Assembly (NCBI GenBank): GCA_965279525.1
Contig: CBDIIB010000003.1
Span: 544,001 to 608,000, forward strand
DNA: 64,000 nucleotides
Direction: 5' to 3'
Origin: Tagaea sp.
GTDB lineage: Bacteria; Pseudomonadota; Alphaproteobacteria; CACIAM-22H2
This document shows, one piece after another, positions 20,868 through 32,982 of this stretch. Every line of letters begins with the position of its first letter. The first letter of the stretch is position 1. A program made the position numbers and the translations under genes. The notes under the pieces are model-generated. The model was not told where the DNA came from and searched no databases. It worked only from the letters and a program-made list of their open reading frames with translations.

Positions 20868-21911
20868 ATGGCGGACCGGCGCTTCCATCGCCATGCCGGC
20901 ACCCTCCGTCTTGCCGACATCGCAAGGATAACGGGCGCAGAGCCGCCCGCCGGCAGCGATCCGGACAGGCCGTTCGACGACGTGCGCGCCCTCGACGATG
21001 CGGGCCAGCAGGACGTGACGTTTCTCGAGAACCGGAAATATCTGGCGGCGCTGTCCCGGACCAAGGCCGGCGCATGCCTTATCCATCCTTCGCTCGCCGG
21101 ACGCGTTCCGGCCGGCTGCATGGCCCTCGTGACGCGCAACGCCTATCGGGCCTATGCCCTGCTGGCGGCCGCATTCCATCCGCCGCCGCCGCCGCCGTCG
21201 GGCGTGCATGCAAGCGCGCATGTCGATCCGACGGCCGTTCTGGAGCCCGGCGTTTCGATCGGTCCGAATGCCGTGATCCTCGCAGGCGCACGACTGGGCA
21301 AGGACGTGCGCATCGGCCCCGGTGCTACGGTCGGCGAGAATGTCGAGCTGGGCGAGGGCTGCTCCGTCGGTTCCAACGCGTCGATCAGCCATGCCGTCGT
21401 CGGCGCGCGGACGAACATCTATCCGGGTGCGCGGATCGGGCAGGACGGCTTCGGGTTCGTGCCCGATGCGGCCGGGCACCTGAAGGTGCCGCAGCTCGGC
21501 ATCGTGCGCATCGGCAACGACTGTGAGATCGGCGCCAACAGCTGCATCGATCGCGGCAGCGCTTCCGATACCGTCGTCGGCGACGGCACATGGATAGACA
21601 ATCTGGTGCAGATCGGGCACAACGTGAAGCTCGGTCCCGGCTGCGTGATCGTGGCCCAGGTCGGCATTTCGGGGTCGACCGAGCTTGGTGCGCTGGTCCA
21701 GGCGGGCGGACAGGCAGGCCTGTCGGGCCACCTCAGGATCGGCGACGGGGTCAAGATCGTCGCGCAGTCCGGCGTGCATCGCGACATCGAAGCCGGCGGC
21801 ATCGTGGGCGGTTCGCCGGCGGTGCCCGTCGGAGAATGGCGGCGCCAGGCCGCCGCATTGCGCCGGATGGTGCGCAACGAAAAACCGGAAGACGGCGAGG
21901 GGGATACGTGA
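20868..21911 (+). CDS. lpxD: UDP-3-O-acylglucosamine N-acyltransferase
   Basis: Hexapeptide repeats, [19 protein letters not shown]. Confidence 0.96.
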   Translation: MADRRFHRHAGTLRLADIARITGAEPPAGSDPDRPFDDVRALDDAGQQDVTFLENRKYLAALSRTKAGACLIHPSLAGRVPAGCMALVTRNAYRAYALLAAAFHPPPPPPSGVHASAHVDPTAVLEPGVSIGPNAVILAGARLGKDVRIGPGATVGENVELGEGCSVGSNASISHAVVGARTNIYPGARIGQDGFGFVPDAAGHLKVPQLGIVRIGNDCEIGANSCIDRGSASDTVVGDGTWIDNLVQIGHNVKLGPGCVIVAQVGISGSTELGALVQAGGQAGLSGHLRIGDGVKIVAQSGVHRDIEAGGIVGGSPAVPVGEWRRQAAALRRMVRNEKPEDGEGDT

Positions 21912-22381
21912 ACGAAGCCAATCCGCAACCGCCGGAGACCGGCGAGACGATCGAAGTCCTGCGGATCATGGACATGATCCCGCATCGATATCCGTTCCTG
22001 CTGATCGACCGGGTCGTCGAGGCCATCCGCGACAAGAGTGCCGTCGGCATCAAGAACGTGACGATGGGCGAACCGTTTTTCCAGGGACATTTCCCGGGAC
22101 GGCCGATCATGCCGGGTGTCCTGATCGTCGAGGCCATGGCGCAGACGGCGGGCATCCTCGTCGTCCACACGCTCGGGCCGGAATCGGAAGGCAAACTCGT
22201 CTACTTCATGACGATCGACGAAGCGCGCTTCCGCCGTCCCGTCACGCCGGGCGACCAGCTGCGCATCCACGTGACGAAAGAGCGCTCGCGCGGCAACGTC
22301 TGGAAGTTCGTCGGCGAGGCGAAGGTCGACGGCGTGCGCGTGGCCGAGGCCACGTTCTCGGCGATGATCGTGGACCGGTGA
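21908..22381 (+). CDS. fabZ: 3-hydroxyacyl-ACP dehydratase
   Basis: [35 protein letters not shown]; GTG start overlapping the lpxD stop. Confidence 0.97.
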   Translation: MNEANPQPPETGETIEVLRIMDMIPHRYPFLLIDRVVEAIRDKSAVGIKNVTMGEPFFQGHFPGRPIMPGVLIVEAMAQTAGILVVHTLGPESEGKLVYFMTIDEARFRRPVTPGDQLRIHVTKERSRGNVWKFVGEAKVDGVRVAEATFSAMIVDR

Positions 22382-23205
22382 TGGATACGGGAATGGCCCA
22401 GGACGAGACTTTCGTCCATCCGTCCGCGATCGTCGAGCCGGGCGCCACGCTCGGCAAGGGCGTCCGGGTCGGGCCGTTCTGCACCGTGGGCAAGTCGGCC
22501 GTGCTGCACGACGGCGTCGAACTCATCAGCCACGTCGTGATCGCCGGCCAGACCGAGATCGGCGCGCGCACGAAGATCTACCCGTTCACGTCGCTTGGCC
22601 ACCCGCCGCAGGACCTGAAATACAAGGGCGAGCCGACGCGACTGCTGATCGGCGAAGACAACATCATCCGCGAACACGTCACGATGAACCCCGGTACAGC
22701 CGGCGGGAAGTTCCTGACGCGCGTCGGCTCGCGCTGCCTGTTCATGGTCGGCGCGCATGTCGCGCACGACTGCATGGTCGGCGACAGCGTCGTCATGGTG
22801 AACAGCGCCACGCTGGGCGGCCACGTGAATGTCGGCGATTTTGCGATTCTCGGTGGCATCTCCGCGATCCACCAGTACGTGCGCATCGGCAAGCACGCGA
22901 TGATCGGCGGCATGACCGGCGTGGAGGGTGACGTCATCCCCTACGGCCTCGTGATGGGCGACCGGGCGCGGCTGCAGGGCCTCAACATCATCGGTCTCAA
23001 GCGTCGCGGATTCAGCCGCGAGCAGATCCACGACCTGCGCACGGCCTACCGGCTGCTGTTCGCCCAGGAAGGCACGATGGCCGAGCGTCTCGAGGACGTC
23101 TCGTCGATCTACGGCAAGGCCGCGGCGGTGCTGGAGATCGTCGATTTCATCCGCGGCGCCAACAACCGCGCGATCTGCCTGCCCAAAGCCGACGCCACCT
23201 TGTGA
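22381..23205 (+). CDS. lpxA: Acyl-ACP--UDP-N-acetylglucosamine O-acyltransferase
   Basis: [35 protein letters not shown]. Confidence 0.96.
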   Translation: MDTGMAQDETFVHPSAIVEPGATLGKGVRVGPFCTVGKSAVLHDGVELISHVVIAGQTEIGARTKIYPFTSLGHPPQDLKYKGEPTRLLIGEDNIIREHVTMNPGTAGGKFLTRVGSRCLFMVGAHVAHDCMVGDSVVMVNSATLGGHVNVGDFAILGGISAIHQYVRIGKHAMIGGMTGVEGDVIPYGLVMGDRARLQGLNIIGLKRRGFSREQIHDLRTAYRLLFAQEGTMAERLEDVSSIYGKAAAVLEIVDFIRGANNRAICLPKADATL

Positions 23206-24041
23206 GCGGAGCACTCGCCAGCCCCGACCGGGCCGCGGCGGGGCACCGGAAGCTCGCGATCCTCGCCGGCGGCGGCACGTTGCCCCGGGCACTTGCCGAC
23301 GCGGCACTGGCGCAGGGCCGGCCCGTCCATATCCTCGCCTTTGCCGGCTTTTGCGAGCCTTCGACCTATGCCGGCCTGCCGCACGACATCGTGCCAATCG
23401 CGAAGGTCGGCCGGCTGTTCGACCGCATGCGGGCCGCCGGCTGCGCCGATGCGGTGCTTGCCGGTCCGGTACGGCGACCGGGCCCGTCGCAGCTCGGCTG
23501 CGATCTTGTCGGCTTCATCACGCTGCTGCGGTTGCTGCCGGTCTGGGCGGGCGATGCGTCGCTTCTGTCGCGCATCCTCGAGATCATCGAGGCCGAAGGC
23601 TTCCGCGCGCTTGGCGCCCACGAGATCCTGCCGGCGCTGCTCGCAGGTACCGGTGTCATGGGACGGCACGTGCCGGACGAAGCGGCCCTTGCCGATATCG
23701 CCGCGGGCATGCGGGCTGCCCGCGCGCTGGGACGTCGCCAGCGCGGCCAGGCCGTGATCGTGCGCGACGGGCGCACGCTGGCCGAGGAGGGGCGCAAGGG
23801 GACTTCCGCCCTGCTGGACGCCGAGGCACGCGGCGCCGTGCTCGTGAAGGCGGCGATGCCAGGGCAAGACCGACGTGTCGACCTGCCGACGATCGGGCCG
23901 GAAACGGTGACGCAGGCGCGCCGGGCGGGATTGCGCGGGATCGCGGTCGAGGCCGGCGAAGCGCTGGTGCTGGATCGTGCCACGACTGTCGCCGCAGCCG
24001 ACGAGGCCGGCCTGTTCCTGTTCGGCGTGCAGGCGCCATGA
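23202..24041 (+). CDS. lpxI: UDP-2,3-diacylglucosamine diphosphatase LpxI
   Basis: [31 protein letters not shown]; located between lpxA and lpxB. Confidence 0.9.
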   Translation: MSGALASPDRAAAGHRKLAILAGGGTLPRALADAALAQGRPVHILAFAGFCEPSTYAGLPHDIVPIAKVGRLFDRMRAAGCADAVLAGPVRRPGPSQLGCDLVGFITLLRLLPVWAGDASLLSRILEIIEAEGFRALGAHEILPALLAGTGVMGRHVPDEAALADIAAGMRAARALGRRQRGQAVIVRDGRTLAEEGRKGTSALLDAEARGAVLVKAAMPGQDRRVDLPTIGPETVTQARRAGLRGIAVEAGEALVLDRATTVAAADEAGLFLFGVQAP

Positions 24042-25213
24042 CCGGCCCGTCCGTCTTCCTCGTCGCGGCCGAGCCGTCAGGCGACAATCTCGGCGCCAAA
24101 TTGATGGCGGCTTTGCGGCGCGCGACCGGCGGCAACGTCCGCTTTGCCGGCATCGGCGGCGAACGCATGGCGGGCGAGGGGCTCGAGACGCTTTTCCCGA
24201 TCGCCGACCTGTCGGTCATGGGAATTGCCGAGGTGCTGCCGCGCCTGCCAACGATCTTCGAGCGGATCCGGCGCACCGTGGCCGCGATCCGCGCCGCGCG
24301 CCCGGATGTCGTCGTCCTGATCGACTCCCCCAGCTTCGGCCTGCGTGTCGCCGACCGTATCCGCGATACCGGCATTCCGGTCGTCCAGTACGTGGCGCCC
24401 CAGCTCTGGGCATGGCGCCCGGGCCGGGCAAAGAAGCTCGGCCGGCGGGTCGACGCGATCCTCGCGTTGCTGCCCTTCGAGCCGGAATTCTTCGCCGGTC
24501 TTGGCCTAGCGTGCGTCCATGTCGGGCATCCGGTCCTCGAAGACGTGCTGGCCGATGGCAGTGCCAGGGATTTCCGCGCCCGCCATTCGATCCCGGACGG
24601 CCGGCGTCTGGTGATGGTGATGCCCGGAAGCCGTGTCGGGCTTTTCAAGCGCATGGCGCCGGTCTTTCTCGAAGCCGCGCGCCTGCTGGCGAAGGGGCGC
24701 AACGATCTCGTTTTCGTGCTGCCGAGCGTGCGGAACACCGAAGCGCTTTGCGCCGGGCTGGCCGCCGCACTTCCCGGCACCACCGTGCGGATCGAAAGTG
24801 CCGCCGACAAGCGTGCCGCCTACCTTTCGGCCGACGTGGCGCTCAGCATCTCGGGCACCACGACGCTGGAACTTGCCGTCGCCGGCCTGCCGACCGTCGT
24901 GGGACACAAGGTCAACGCGCTGTCGGCTTTCCTTGCGCGCCGCCTGATCAAGGTGCCCTACGTCGCGATGCCCAACGTCATCGCCGGGCGGATCGTCGTG
25001 CCTGAGTTGCTGCAGGAAGACTGCACGCCGCAGCGCCTGGCCGGCGAGCTTGCGCGCCTGCTTGACGATCCGGCGGCGGCGGCGCGCATGCGGGCCGATC
25101 TCGCTTCGATCTGCGACGCGTTGGGAAATGCCGAGATCGCGAAGGGGCCGGGGCACCTGCCGTCGGACCGTGCCGCTTCAGCCGTGCTTGACGCGATCAG
25201 GCGCCCTGGTTGA
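24038..25213 (+). CDS. lpxB: Lipid-A-disaccharide synthase
   Basis: AAEPSGDNLG, YVAPQLWAWRPGR, LLPFE, PGSR, SGTTTLE, VPELLQ. Confidence 0.96.
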   Translation: MTGPSVFLVAAEPSGDNLGAKLMAALRRATGGNVRFAGIGGERMAGEGLETLFPIADLSVMGIAEVLPRLPTIFERIRRTVAAIRAARPDVVVLIDSPSFGLRVADRIRDTGIPVVQYVAPQLWAWRPGRAKKLGRRVDAILALLPFEPEFFAGLGLACVHVGHPVLEDVLADGSARDFRARHSIPDGRRLVMVMPGSRVGLFKRMAPVFLEAARLLAKGRNDLVFVLPSVRNTEALCAGLAAALPGTTVRIESAADKRAAYLSADVALSISGTTTLELAVAGLPTVVGHKVNALSAFLARRLIKVPYVAMPNVIAGRIVVPELLQEDCTPQRLAGELARLLDDPAAAARMRADLASICDALGNAEIAKGPGHLPSDRAASAVLDAIRRPG

Positions 25214-26165
25214 ACACCCGCGCGCGGTGCGCGCGGATGGCGCTTTCGATCCGGAGGGCGACTTCCAGAGCATTGCGCCCGTCTTCGCCCGAGACACGCG
25301 GCGGGAATTCGCCGCGGCACGCGGCAAGGAAGCTAGCCACCTCGGATTTAAGGTCGTCCCCGTCGGGATATTCCTTCTCGACGCGGTCGATGGGCGGCAT
25401 TCCCGGCGTGGCGCTTTCGCCAAGCCCGCGGGTCAGCGCCACGAGCTTGCGTTTGGCAAGGTCGATCGACACGTAGCATTCGTGCCCGAAGATGCGCATG
25501 CGCCGTTCGGTATTGAGGCTGACGCGGCTGGTCGTGATGTTGGCCACGCAGCCGTTGGCAAAGCCCAGGCGGACATTGGCGATGTCCTCTTCCTGGGTCA
25601 CGACCGGCGTGCCGACGGCCATCACGCTTTCCACCGGGGCCCGCACCAGGGCGAGCACGAGGTCGATGTCGTGGATCATCAGGTCGAGGATCACCGACAC
25701 GTCGGTCGCGCGCGGCGAGAAAGCGTGGATCCGGGCTGCCTCGATATAGAGCGGGCGATCGACATAGTCGGCCACGCCGAGCCGGTCGAGCAGGAAGCGC
25801 TGGAGATGGCCGACCTGCAGCACGACGCTCTTGGTTCGCGCGGCAGCGATCAGCCGGTCGGCCTGTTCGACGGTTTCGGCGATCGGCTTTTCGATCAGCA
25901 CGTGGATGCCGGCTTCGATCAGCCGGTGCGCCACGTCGAAATGCAGCACCGTCGGCACGACGACCGACACGGCGTCGACCTTGCCGACGAGTTCGCCCAC
26001 GTCGGCGAAGCCGGCGACCTTGTGCTTGGCGGCGATGGCCTCGCGCGATGCCGGGTTCGGATCGACGATCCCGACGAAGTCGGAGTCCGGCAGGGCGGCA
26101 TACTTGTCGGCGTGATAGCGGCCGAAATGGCCGCCGCCGACCACGGCGGTGCGGAGCTTGCGCAT
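25197..26165 (-). CDS. Gfo/Idh/MocA oxidoreductase, GnnA (UDP-GlcNAc 3-dehydrogenase)-like
   Basis: GGGHFGRYHA Rossmann motif, HVLIEKPIA, DVSVILDLMIHDID; adjacent to lpxB. Confidence 0.8.
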   Translation of the reverse strand: MRKLRTAVVGGGHFGRYHADKYAALPDSDFVGIVDPNPASREAIAAKHKVAGFADVGELVGKVDAVSVVVPTVLHFDVAHRLIEAGIHVLIEKPIAETVEQADRLIAAARTKSVVLQVGHLQRFLLDRLGVADYVDRPLYIEAARIHAFSPRATDVSVILDLMIHDIDLVLALVRAPVESVMAVGTPVVTQEEDIANVRLGFANGCVANITTSRVSLNTERRMRIFGHECYVSIDLAKRKLVALTRGLGESATPGMPPIDRVEKEYPDGDDLKSEVASFLAACRGEFPPRVSGEDGRNALEVALRIESAIRAHRARVFNQGA

Positions 26166-26246
26166 GGCTGCTAACTACATGGTTTTGCGCACTGGCGCAA
26201 AGCCCCCGGCAGCGGCATTCTGGGGGCTCAGGAAAGGGAGACCGCC

Positions 26247-26657
26247 ATGGACGACGCCCGCGCGCCCGCGACCGAATTCCGCATGCTCCACACGATGATC
26301 CGGGTCTTCGATCTGGACAAATCCATCGATTTCTATTGCGCCAAGCTCGGCATGAGCCTGCTGCGCCGCAAGGACTATCCGGACGGGAAATTCACGCTCG
26401 CCTTCGTCGGCTACGGGGACGAGGACAAGAATGCGGTGATCGAGCTCACCCACAACTGGGGGCACGCGCCCTACCAGATCGGCGACGGGTTCGGGCACAT
26501 CGCGCTGGGCGTCAAGGACATCTACGGCACGTGCGAGAAGCTCGCGGCTGCCGGCGCCAAGATCCCGCGCCCGCCCGGCCCGATGAAGCACGGCACGACG
26601 GTCATCGCGTTCGTCGAGGATCCGGACGGCTACAAGATCGAGCTGATCCAGAAATAG
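26247..26657 (+). CDS. gloA: Lactoylglutathione lyase (glyoxalase I)
   Basis: MLHTMIRV, IELTHNW, GFGHIALGV, FVEDPDGYKIELI. Confidence 0.95.
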   Translation: MDDARAPATEFRMLHTMIRVFDLDKSIDFYCAKLGMSLLRRKDYPDGKFTLAFVGYGDEDKNAVIELTHNWGHAPYQIGDGFGHIALGVKDIYGTCEKLAAAGAKIPRPPGPMKHGTTVIAFVEDPDGYKIELIQK

Positions 26658-26659
26658 AC

Positions 26660-26860
26660 CTAGTTCCAGTAGACCGCCGCCGCGATCAGGGCGACCAGCA
26701 GCGGTCCCGCCGAGATCTTCAGCAGGCGCAGGATCGTCGGGCGGTTGTCGTTGGCGGCCGGCGGCAGGCGCCGGCGGCCGAGCAGGGACGTGCGCGCACC
26801 CCGCACCGAGGTCTGCGGCGCGGTCGGTTCACGCAGGGAACCTGTCCCTTGCTTGGCCAT
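26660..26860 (-). CDS. Small (66 aa) single-pass membrane protein with AANDN motif
   Basis: GGAGG RBS; MAKQGTG...PPAANDNRP... with C-terminal hydrophobic helix LLKISAGPLLVALIAAAVYWN; 41 nt downstream of gltA. Confidence 0.65.
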   Translation of the reverse strand: MAKQGTGSLREPTAPQTSVRGARTSLLGRRRLPPAANDNRPTILRLLKISAGPLLVALIAAAVYWN

Positions 26861-26901
26861 GTCGTCCGCCTCCCTGACGGAACTGGAACGTCGTCGCGCC
26901 T

Positions 26902-28203
26902 TCAGGCGCGTTTTTGGATCGGCACGAAGGGCCGCTTGGCGGCACCCGTGTAGAGCTGGCGCGGACGGCCGATCTTCTGTTCGGGATCCTCGATCATCTC
27001 GTTCCACTGCGCGATCCAGCCCGTGGTGCGCGCGAGTGCGAACAGGGCCGTGAACATCGCGACCGGGAAGCCCATGGCCTTCAGGATGATGCCCGAATAG
27101 AAGTCGACGTTCGGATAGAGCTTCTTGGAAACGAAGTATTCGTCCTGCAGCGCGATGCGCTCGAGTTCGACCGCGATCTCGAGCAGCGGATCGGTGACAT
27201 GGAGTTCCGCGAGGACTTCCTTGCAGGTCGCGGCCATCACCTTGGCGCGCGGATCGTAGTTCTTGTAGACGCGGTGGCCGAAGCCCATCAGGCGCACGCC
27301 CTCGTTCTTGTCCTTCACGCGCTTGATGAACTCGGGGATCTTGTCCTTGGTGCCGATCTCGGCAAGCATCTTCAGCACGGCTTCGTTGGCGCCGCCGTGG
27401 GCGGGGCCCCAGAGCGTGGCGATGCCCGCCGCGATGCAGGCGAACGGATTGGCGCCCGAGGACCCGGCCAGGCGCACGGTCGAGGTCGACGCGTTCTGCT
27501 CGTGGTCGGCATGCAGGATGAAGATCTTGTCCATCGCCTTGGCGAGGACCGGATTGACCTTGTACGGCTCGCACGGCACGCCGAAGGTCATGTAGAGGAA
27601 ATTCTCGGCGTAGCCGAGGTCGTTGCGCGGATACATGAAGGGCTGGCCGATCGAATACTTGTAGGCCATGGCCGCGATGGTCGGCATCTTGGCGATCAGC
27701 CGGTATGAGGCGACCATCCGCTGGTGCGGGTCCGAGATGTCGAGGCTGTCGTGATAGAAGGCCGAGAGTGCTCCGACCACGCCGCACATGACGGCCATCG
27801 GATGCGCGTCGCGCCGGAAGCCCGAGAAGAAGCGGTTGATCTGCTCGTGCAGCATCGTGTGGAGCGTGATGTCGCGCTCGAACTTCTTCTTTTCGGCAGC
27901 GTTGGGCAGTTCGCCCTTCAAGATCAGGTAGGCGACTTCCATGAAATCGGAATGATCGGCCAGTTCCTCGATCGGATAGCCGCGATGCAGCAGGACGCCG
28001 ACATCGCCGTCAATGTAGGTGATCTTCGACTTGCAGGCACCGGTCGAGGTGTAGCCCGGATCGTAGGTGAAGAACCCGGTGTCGCCGTAAAGCTTGCGCA
28101 CGTCGATGACCTGCGGGCCGACCGACCCGGACAGCACCGGCATGTCGTATTTCTTGCCGGTATTGTTGTCGATCAGGGTGACGTTGGGGCTGGACTGGGT
28201 CAT
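26902..28203 (-). CDS. gltA: Citrate synthase (type II)
   Basis: [46 protein letters not shown]. Confidence 0.98.
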   Translation of the reverse strand: MTQSSPNVTLIDNNTGKKYDMPVLSGSVGPQVIDVRKLYGDTGFFTYDPGYTSTGACKSKITYIDGDVGVLLHRGYPIEELADHSDFMEVAYLILKGELPNAAEKKKFERDITLHTMLHEQINRFFSGFRRDAHPMAVMCGVVGALSAFYHDSLDISDPHQRMVASYRLIAKMPTIAAMAYKYSIGQPFMYPRNDLGYAENFLYMTFGVPCEPYKVNPVLAKAMDKIFILHADHEQNASTSTVRLAGSSGANPFACIAAGIATLWGPAHGGANEAVLKMLAEIGTKDKIPEFIKRVKDKNEGVRLMGFGHRVYKNYDPRAKVMAATCKEVLAELHVTDPLLEIAVELERIALQDEYFVSKKLYPNVDFYSGIILKAMGFPVAMFTALFALARTTGWIAQWNEMIEDPEQKIGRPRQLYTGAAKRPFVPIQKRA

Positions 28204-28302
28204 CGGGGCTCTCTTGCTCGGGCCTTCGCAGGTGCGATAAAGGTTATTGGAGCTTAGGGCGGGGGTTTTGGCAAGACATCCGTCTGTGACCGCGAGGGGG
28301 CC

Positions 28303-29718
28303 CTATCCCGCTCCGCCCAGCGCGTCCGATATGCGGCCAAGTGCCTCATCCCGCCCGAGAATTGCCATTACCTCGAAGATCGGTGGCGACGTGCCCTGGC
28401 CAGACAGCGCCGCACGCATCGGCTGTGCCAGCGCCCCGAGCTTGGTGCCGGTGCGCTCGGCAGCCTCGCGCAGGAGCGCTTCGAGGGAAGCAGCCTCCCA
28501 CACCGGTGCCGCCGCGAACAGTTCGTGGGCCGATTTCAGGTGTGCAAGACCGTCGCCGGCGAGGTGCTTGCGCGCCGCCTCGTCGAGCGCGATGGGACGC
28601 GCGCGGACATAGAAGACCGCGGCGTTCGCGAGTTCGAGGAGCGTCTTGGCGCGCGCCTTGAGCCCGCCCATGCCGGCGACGAGGCGAGCACTAGCGGCCG
28701 CGTCGACCTTCTGTCCGGCCGCCTTCTCGATCAACGGCAGGGCCGCCTCGACGAGCCGCGCGTCGTCGGTATGGCGCATGTAGTGGCCATTGAGGTTGTC
28801 GAGCTTCTTGAAGTCGAAACGCGACGGGCTGCGGCCGACGCCGTCGAGATCGAACCACTCGATCGCCTGCGCGGTCGGGATGATCTCGTCGTCGCCATGC
28901 CCCCAGCCCAGGCGCAGCAGGTAGTTGCGCATCGCCTCGGGCAGGTAGCCCATGTCGCGATAGGCATCGACCGCAAGCGCCCCGTGCCGCTTGGAGAGCT
29001 TGGCACCGTCCGGGCCATGGATCAGCGGAATGTGGGCATAGACCGGGACCGGCCAGCCGAGCCGCTCGATGAGCTGCATCTGGCGCGCGGCGTTGTTGAG
29101 GTGGTCGTCGCCGCGAATCACGTGCGTCACGCCCATGTCGTGGTCGTCCACGACGACCGACAGCATGTAGGTCGGCGTGCCGTCGGCGCGCAGCAGGATC
29201 ATGTCGTCGAGCTGCTCGTTCTTGACGACGACGTCGCCCTGCACCTTGTCGCGGATGATCGTCTCGCCGTCCTGGCGCGCCTTCAGGCGCACGACCGGCT
29301 TGATGTCGGCGGGGGCGTCCTTCGGGTCCCGGTCGCGCCACCGGCCGTCGTAGCGGATCGGCTTGCCGGCGGCCTTCTGGGCCGAGCGCATCTCCTCGAG
29401 GTCCTTCGGGCTGGCGTAACAGTAGTAGGCGCCGCCCTTGGCGAGCAGATCGAGGGCGACGGCCGCATGGCGATCCATCCGCGCGAACTGGTGGACGACT
29501 TCGCCGTCCCAGTCGAGACCGAGCCACTTCATGCCGTCGATGATCGCCTCGGTCGCCTCGGGCGTGGAGCGGGCACGGTCGGTATCCTCGATGCGCAGGC
29601 GGAACTCTCCGCCGGTGTGCTTGGCGAACAACCAGTTGAAGAGCGCCGTGCGGGCACCGCCGATATGCAGGTAGCCGGTCGGCGAGGGAGCGAAGCGGCA
29701 GACGGGTTTCGTGGTCAT
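28303..29718 (-). CDS. gltX: Glutamate--tRNA ligase
   Basis: [32 protein letters not shown]. Confidence 0.97.
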   Translation of the reverse strand: MTTKPVCRFAPSPTGYLHIGGARTALFNWLFAKHTGGEFRLRIEDTDRARSTPEATEAIIDGMKWLGLDWDGEVVHQFARMDRHAAVALDLLAKGGAYYCYASPKDLEEMRSAQKAAGKPIRYDGRWRDRDPKDAPADIKPVVRLKARQDGETIIRDKVQGDVVVKNEQLDDMILLRADGTPTYMLSVVVDDHDMGVTHVIRGDDHLNNAARQMQLIERLGWPVPVYAHIPLIHGPDGAKLSKRHGALAVDAYRDMGYLPEAMRNYLLRLGWGHGDDEIIPTAQAIEWFDLDGVGRSPSRFDFKKLDNLNGHYMRHTDDARLVEAALPLIEKAAGQKVDAAASARLVAGMGGLKARAKTLLELANAAVFYVRARPIALDEAARKHLAGDGLAHLKSAHELFAAAPVWEAASLEALLREAAERTGTKLGALAQPMRAALSGQGTSPPIFEVMAILGRDEALGRISDALGGAG

Positions 29719-29883
29719 TTTTTGCGTCGGACTTTGCGGATGGAGAAGGGGCGGAAGACAGGCGCTTTTCCTATCACGCGCCCCTGTTGCTGCACAGCGG
29801 AGATCGGCCATGGCGGGTTGATGGAAAGCGGCATTCGCGGTACATCTTTAGATTAAACACACGATCCGCGAGACATCTCCCGA

Positions 29884-32052
29884 ATGCATCCGACCGATGC
29901 CGCGCCTTTCCTGCCACCCGGCAGGGCGGACGCGGCATCGGGGTTCTGGCTTCGTACGCGCGAGACCGAACAGGTGCGGCTCGTCCTGTGGCTGCCTGTG
30001 CTTCTGGCGATCGGGATCGGGCTCTATTTCTCGTTGCCGGTCGAACCGGAAAGCTGGATCGCGCCGGCATTCCTGGCGGTCGCCGCCACGTTCGGCGCGG
30101 TTGGCCGCGCGGTCAGCACCGTGCGTGCATTGGCGGCCATCCTCGCGGCACTGGCGCTCGGATTCGCGCTGGCGCAGATGCGGGCGCACGACGTCGCTGC
30201 CCCGGTCGTCGAGCGGCGGATTGGGCCGGTTGCGGTCTCGGGTCGTGTCGTGACGGTCGAGCCGCGCGCCGACGGCGTGCGCATCGTTCTCGACCGGCTC
30301 TCCATCGCCGGTTTCGTGCCCGCGCGCACGCCCGAAACAATCCGCCTGAAGCTCGACGATGCGGGCGGCGTGCGCCCGGGCGACGACGTGCGGCTGGCGC
30401 GTGCATATCTTTCGCCGCCGCCTGCACCCAGCGCCCCCGGCGCGTTCGACTATGCAAGGCAGGCGTGGTTCGAGCGGCTCGGGGCCGTGGGCTACGCGCG
30501 CGGCTCGGTCGAGATCGTCGAGCGCTCGCGCGAGGCGGGCTGGCGCGTGCGCATGAACGCGCTGCGCGCCGCCGTCGTCGCGCGCATCGCGGCCACGCTT
30601 CCCGATCCCGCAGGCGCCATCGCGACGGCCTTGATCGCGGGCGAGCAGGGGGCCGTTCCGCCCGAAGCGCTTGCCGCATTCCGCGATTCAGGGCTCCAGC
30701 ACATCCTGTCGATTTCTGGGCTGCATATCGGCATGGTTGCCGGGATCGTGTTCGCGGGCGTGCGCGTGGTGCTGGCACTGGTACCTGCCGCGGCGTTGCG
30801 CTGGAACACGAAGAAGATCGCAGCCGTCGCTTCTTTCGCCGCGATCACGTTCTACATGCTGTTCGCGGTCCCGAGCGTGCCCACGCAGCGCAGTTGGCTG
30901 ATGACGTCCGTCGTGCTGCTCGCCGTGCTGATCGACCGGCGCGCGATCACGCTGCGGCTGGTCGCGTGGGCGGCCGGCGCCCTGCTGGTCGTGGGGCCCG
31001 AGAGCCTGCTGTCGGCAAGCTTCCAGATGTCGTTTGCTGCCGTGACCGCCCTCGTCGCGGCGTTCGAGGTGGCGAGCCGGCCGATGTCGCGCGCGCGTGT
31101 GCTGGCTGGGCCAGTCGGCCGCGCGGGCCTGTGGCTGGGCGGGACGGTCCTCACCTCGCTCGTCGCGGGCCTCGCGAGCGCGCCGTTCGCGCTCTACCAC
31201 TTCAACCGCTTTTCCGCTTTCGGGCTCGTCGCCAATCTGCTCGCCGTGCCGCTGACCGGCATCTGGATCATGCCGTGGGCGGTGGCGGCCGGCCTGCTGT
31301 TCCCGCTGGGGCTGGAGGCTTGGGCGCTCGTCCCGATGGGCTGGGGGCTTAATGCGTTGCTGTGGATCGCCCGCTGGGTCGCAGGCTGGGACGGCGCCGT
31401 GGCGCTGTTCCCGAGCATGCCGGGCTGGGGGCTGGCGGCGATGGCGCTCGGGCTTGCCTGGCTGTGCCTGTGGCGAAGTGCCGTACGCCTTGCCGGCGTC
31501 GCTGCACTCGCCGCGGGTCTTGCGACGATCGGCACGCTGACGCCGCCGGACATCCTCGTGTCGGGCGACGGGCGGCTGATCGCGGTGCGCGATGCAGACG
31601 GGCGATTGCTGCTGTCGTCGGGCGGCGGCGACAAGTTCGCGCGCGAAACATGGCTGCGGCGCGATGGCACGGCCGAGCCGCCGGAGATCTGGCCGCGTGC
31701 GGGCCTCTCGCGCGACGGAACGCTCGACTGTCGCGCGGGGGCTTGCGTCTACAGGGCCGGTGGCCTGCAGGTTTCGATCGTGCGCGATGCGCGCGTGCTG
31801 CCGTCGGCGTGCGACGGCGCCGACCTGGTCATCGCGACGGTCTCGGTGCGCGCGGTCTGCCGGCGGATGGCGGGCCGCACGATCGACCGCTTCGACCTGC
31901 TGGAGGGCGGCGCGCACGCGATCTGGATCGCGGATGGGGCGACCCGCGTGGAAACGGTGCGCGAGTGGCGCGGTGCCCGGCCGTGGGTGCCCGATCCGCC
32001 GGTCCGCTTTTCAAGCAGGGTCGTGCGGGCGGAGCCGGGCGGAGAAAACTAG
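29884..32052 (+). CDS. comEC: ComEC/Rec2 DNA uptake channel
   Basis: [30 protein letters not shown]; multiple TM helices. Confidence 0.92.
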   Translation: MHPTDAAPFLPPGRADAASGFWLRTRETEQVRLVLWLPVLLAIGIGLYFSLPVEPESWIAPAFLAVAATFGAVGRAVSTVRALAAILAALALGFALAQMRAHDVAAPVVERRIGPVAVSGRVVTVEPRADGVRIVLDRLSIAGFVPARTPETIRLKLDDAGGVRPGDDVRLARAYLSPPPAPSAPGAFDYARQAWFERLGAVGYARGSVEIVERSREAGWRVRMNALRAAVVARIAATLPDPAGAIATALIAGEQGAVPPEALAAFRDSGLQHILSISGLHIGMVAGIVFAGVRVVLALVPAAALRWNTKKIAAVASFAAITFYMLFAVPSVPTQRSWLMTSVVLLAVLIDRRAITLRLVAWAAGALLVVGPESLLSASFQMSFAAVTALVAAFEVASRPMSRARVLAGPVGRAGLWLGGTVLTSLVAGLASAPFALYHFNRFSAFGLVANLLAVPLTGIWIMPWAVAAGLLFPLGLEAWALVPMGWGLNALLWIARWVAGWDGAVALFPSMPGWGLAAMALGLAWLCLWRSAVRLAGVAALAAGLATIGTLTPPDILVSGDGRLIAVRDADGRLLLSSGGGDKFARETWLRRDGTAEPPEIWPRAGLSRDGTLDCRAGACVYRAGGLQVSIVRDARVLPSACDGADLVIATVSVRAVCRRMAGRTIDRFDLLEGGAHAIWIADGATRVETVREWRGARPWVPDPPVRFSSRVVRAEPGGEN

Positions 32053-32804
32053 TGGAAGCGGCGCATCAGCCCGACGAGCTTGCCCTGCACGCGCACGCGG
32101 TCGGGGCCGAAGATGCGCGTCTCGTATGCCTTGTTGGCCGGCTCGAGCGCGATCGAAGCGCCGCGGCGGCGGAAGCGCTTGAGGGTGACTTCCTGCTCGT
32201 CGATCAGCGCCACGACGATCTGACCGTTTTCGGCGGTCTCGACCTTCTGGATCAGCACCGTGTCGCCGTCGAGGATGCCGGCTTCCATCATCGAATCGCC
32301 GGAGACTTCGAGCGCGAAATGGTCGCCGCGGCCCAGCATGGTCGGCGGAACATCGACGGTGTTCGAAGGGTCGCGCAGCGCTTCGATCGGAAGGCCGGCG
32401 GCGATGCGCCCGTAGAGCGGCAGCTTGACGACCTCGTCGGAGTTGGCGGCACTCGCGGCCCCGGGCAGCGTGCCGCGGAACTCGCCCTTGACGACCTGCG
32501 GACGGAAGGCACGGCTTGAGTCCGCCGCGACCGGCGGTGCCGCGACCAGCGTGGGGCCGGAGGCAGGCTTGTGGCCCTGGGCGTGGAGATTGTCGGGCAG
32601 GCGGACGACTTCGAGTGCCCGCGCGCGATGCGGCAGGCGGCGGATGAAGCCGCGTTCCTCGAGGCCGGTGATCAGGCGATGGATGCCGGACTTCGACTTG
32701 AGGCCGAGCGCGTCCTTCATCTCGTCGAACGACGGCGGCACGCCGGCATCGGCGAGGCGCTGATTGATCAGCAGCAGGAGTTCGTATTGCTTGCGGGTCA
32801 GCAT
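32049..32804 (-). CDS. lexA: SOS repressor LexA
   Basis: [33 protein letters not shown] cleavage site, GDSM, TLKR. Confidence 0.97.
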   Translation of the reverse strand: MLTRKQYELLLLINQRLADAGVPPSFDEMKDALGLKSKSGIHRLITGLEERGFIRRLPHRARALEVVRLPDNLHAQGHKPASGPTLVAAPPVAADSSRAFRPQVVKGEFRGTLPGAASAANSDEVVKLPLYGRIAAGLPIEALRDPSNTVDVPPTMLGRGDHFALEVSGDSMMEAGILDGDTVLIQKVETAENGQIVVALIDEQEVTLKRFRRRGASIALEPANKAYETRIFGPDRVRVQGKLVGLMRRFH

Positions 32805-32950
32805 GCGCGCACCTGTGTTTGGGGCCGTCGGCGGCCCCGCGAAGGGGGTGTCGGGATTCGCGTCGACCAGGGGGAAAACCCCAACCGGTCGCGGAAATCG
32901 TGGGGGGTACCCACAACATCTCGTAAACGAACCCGCAACAATCACGAACT

Positions 32951-32965
32951 GTTCTATTTTAGTTC
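32951..32965. promoter_or_regulatory. Alphaproteobacterial SOS box (GTTC-N7-GTTC) overlapping the lexA -10
   Basis: GTTC-TATTTTA-GTTC; the minus-strand promoter TTGACG(32979-32974)-N17-TAGAAC(32956-32951) overlaps it. Confidence 0.85.
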
Positions 32966-32982
32966 GCGCATACCGTCAAGGC

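Noticed and set aside
29840-29862. CtrA box upstream of comEC (TTTAGATTAAAC)
   Set aside because: Only a single TTAA half-site; no N7-spaced partner
29884-32804. comEC-lexA adjacency as a new competence/SOS system
   Set aside because: gltX-comEC-lexA is standard alphaproteobacterial synteny
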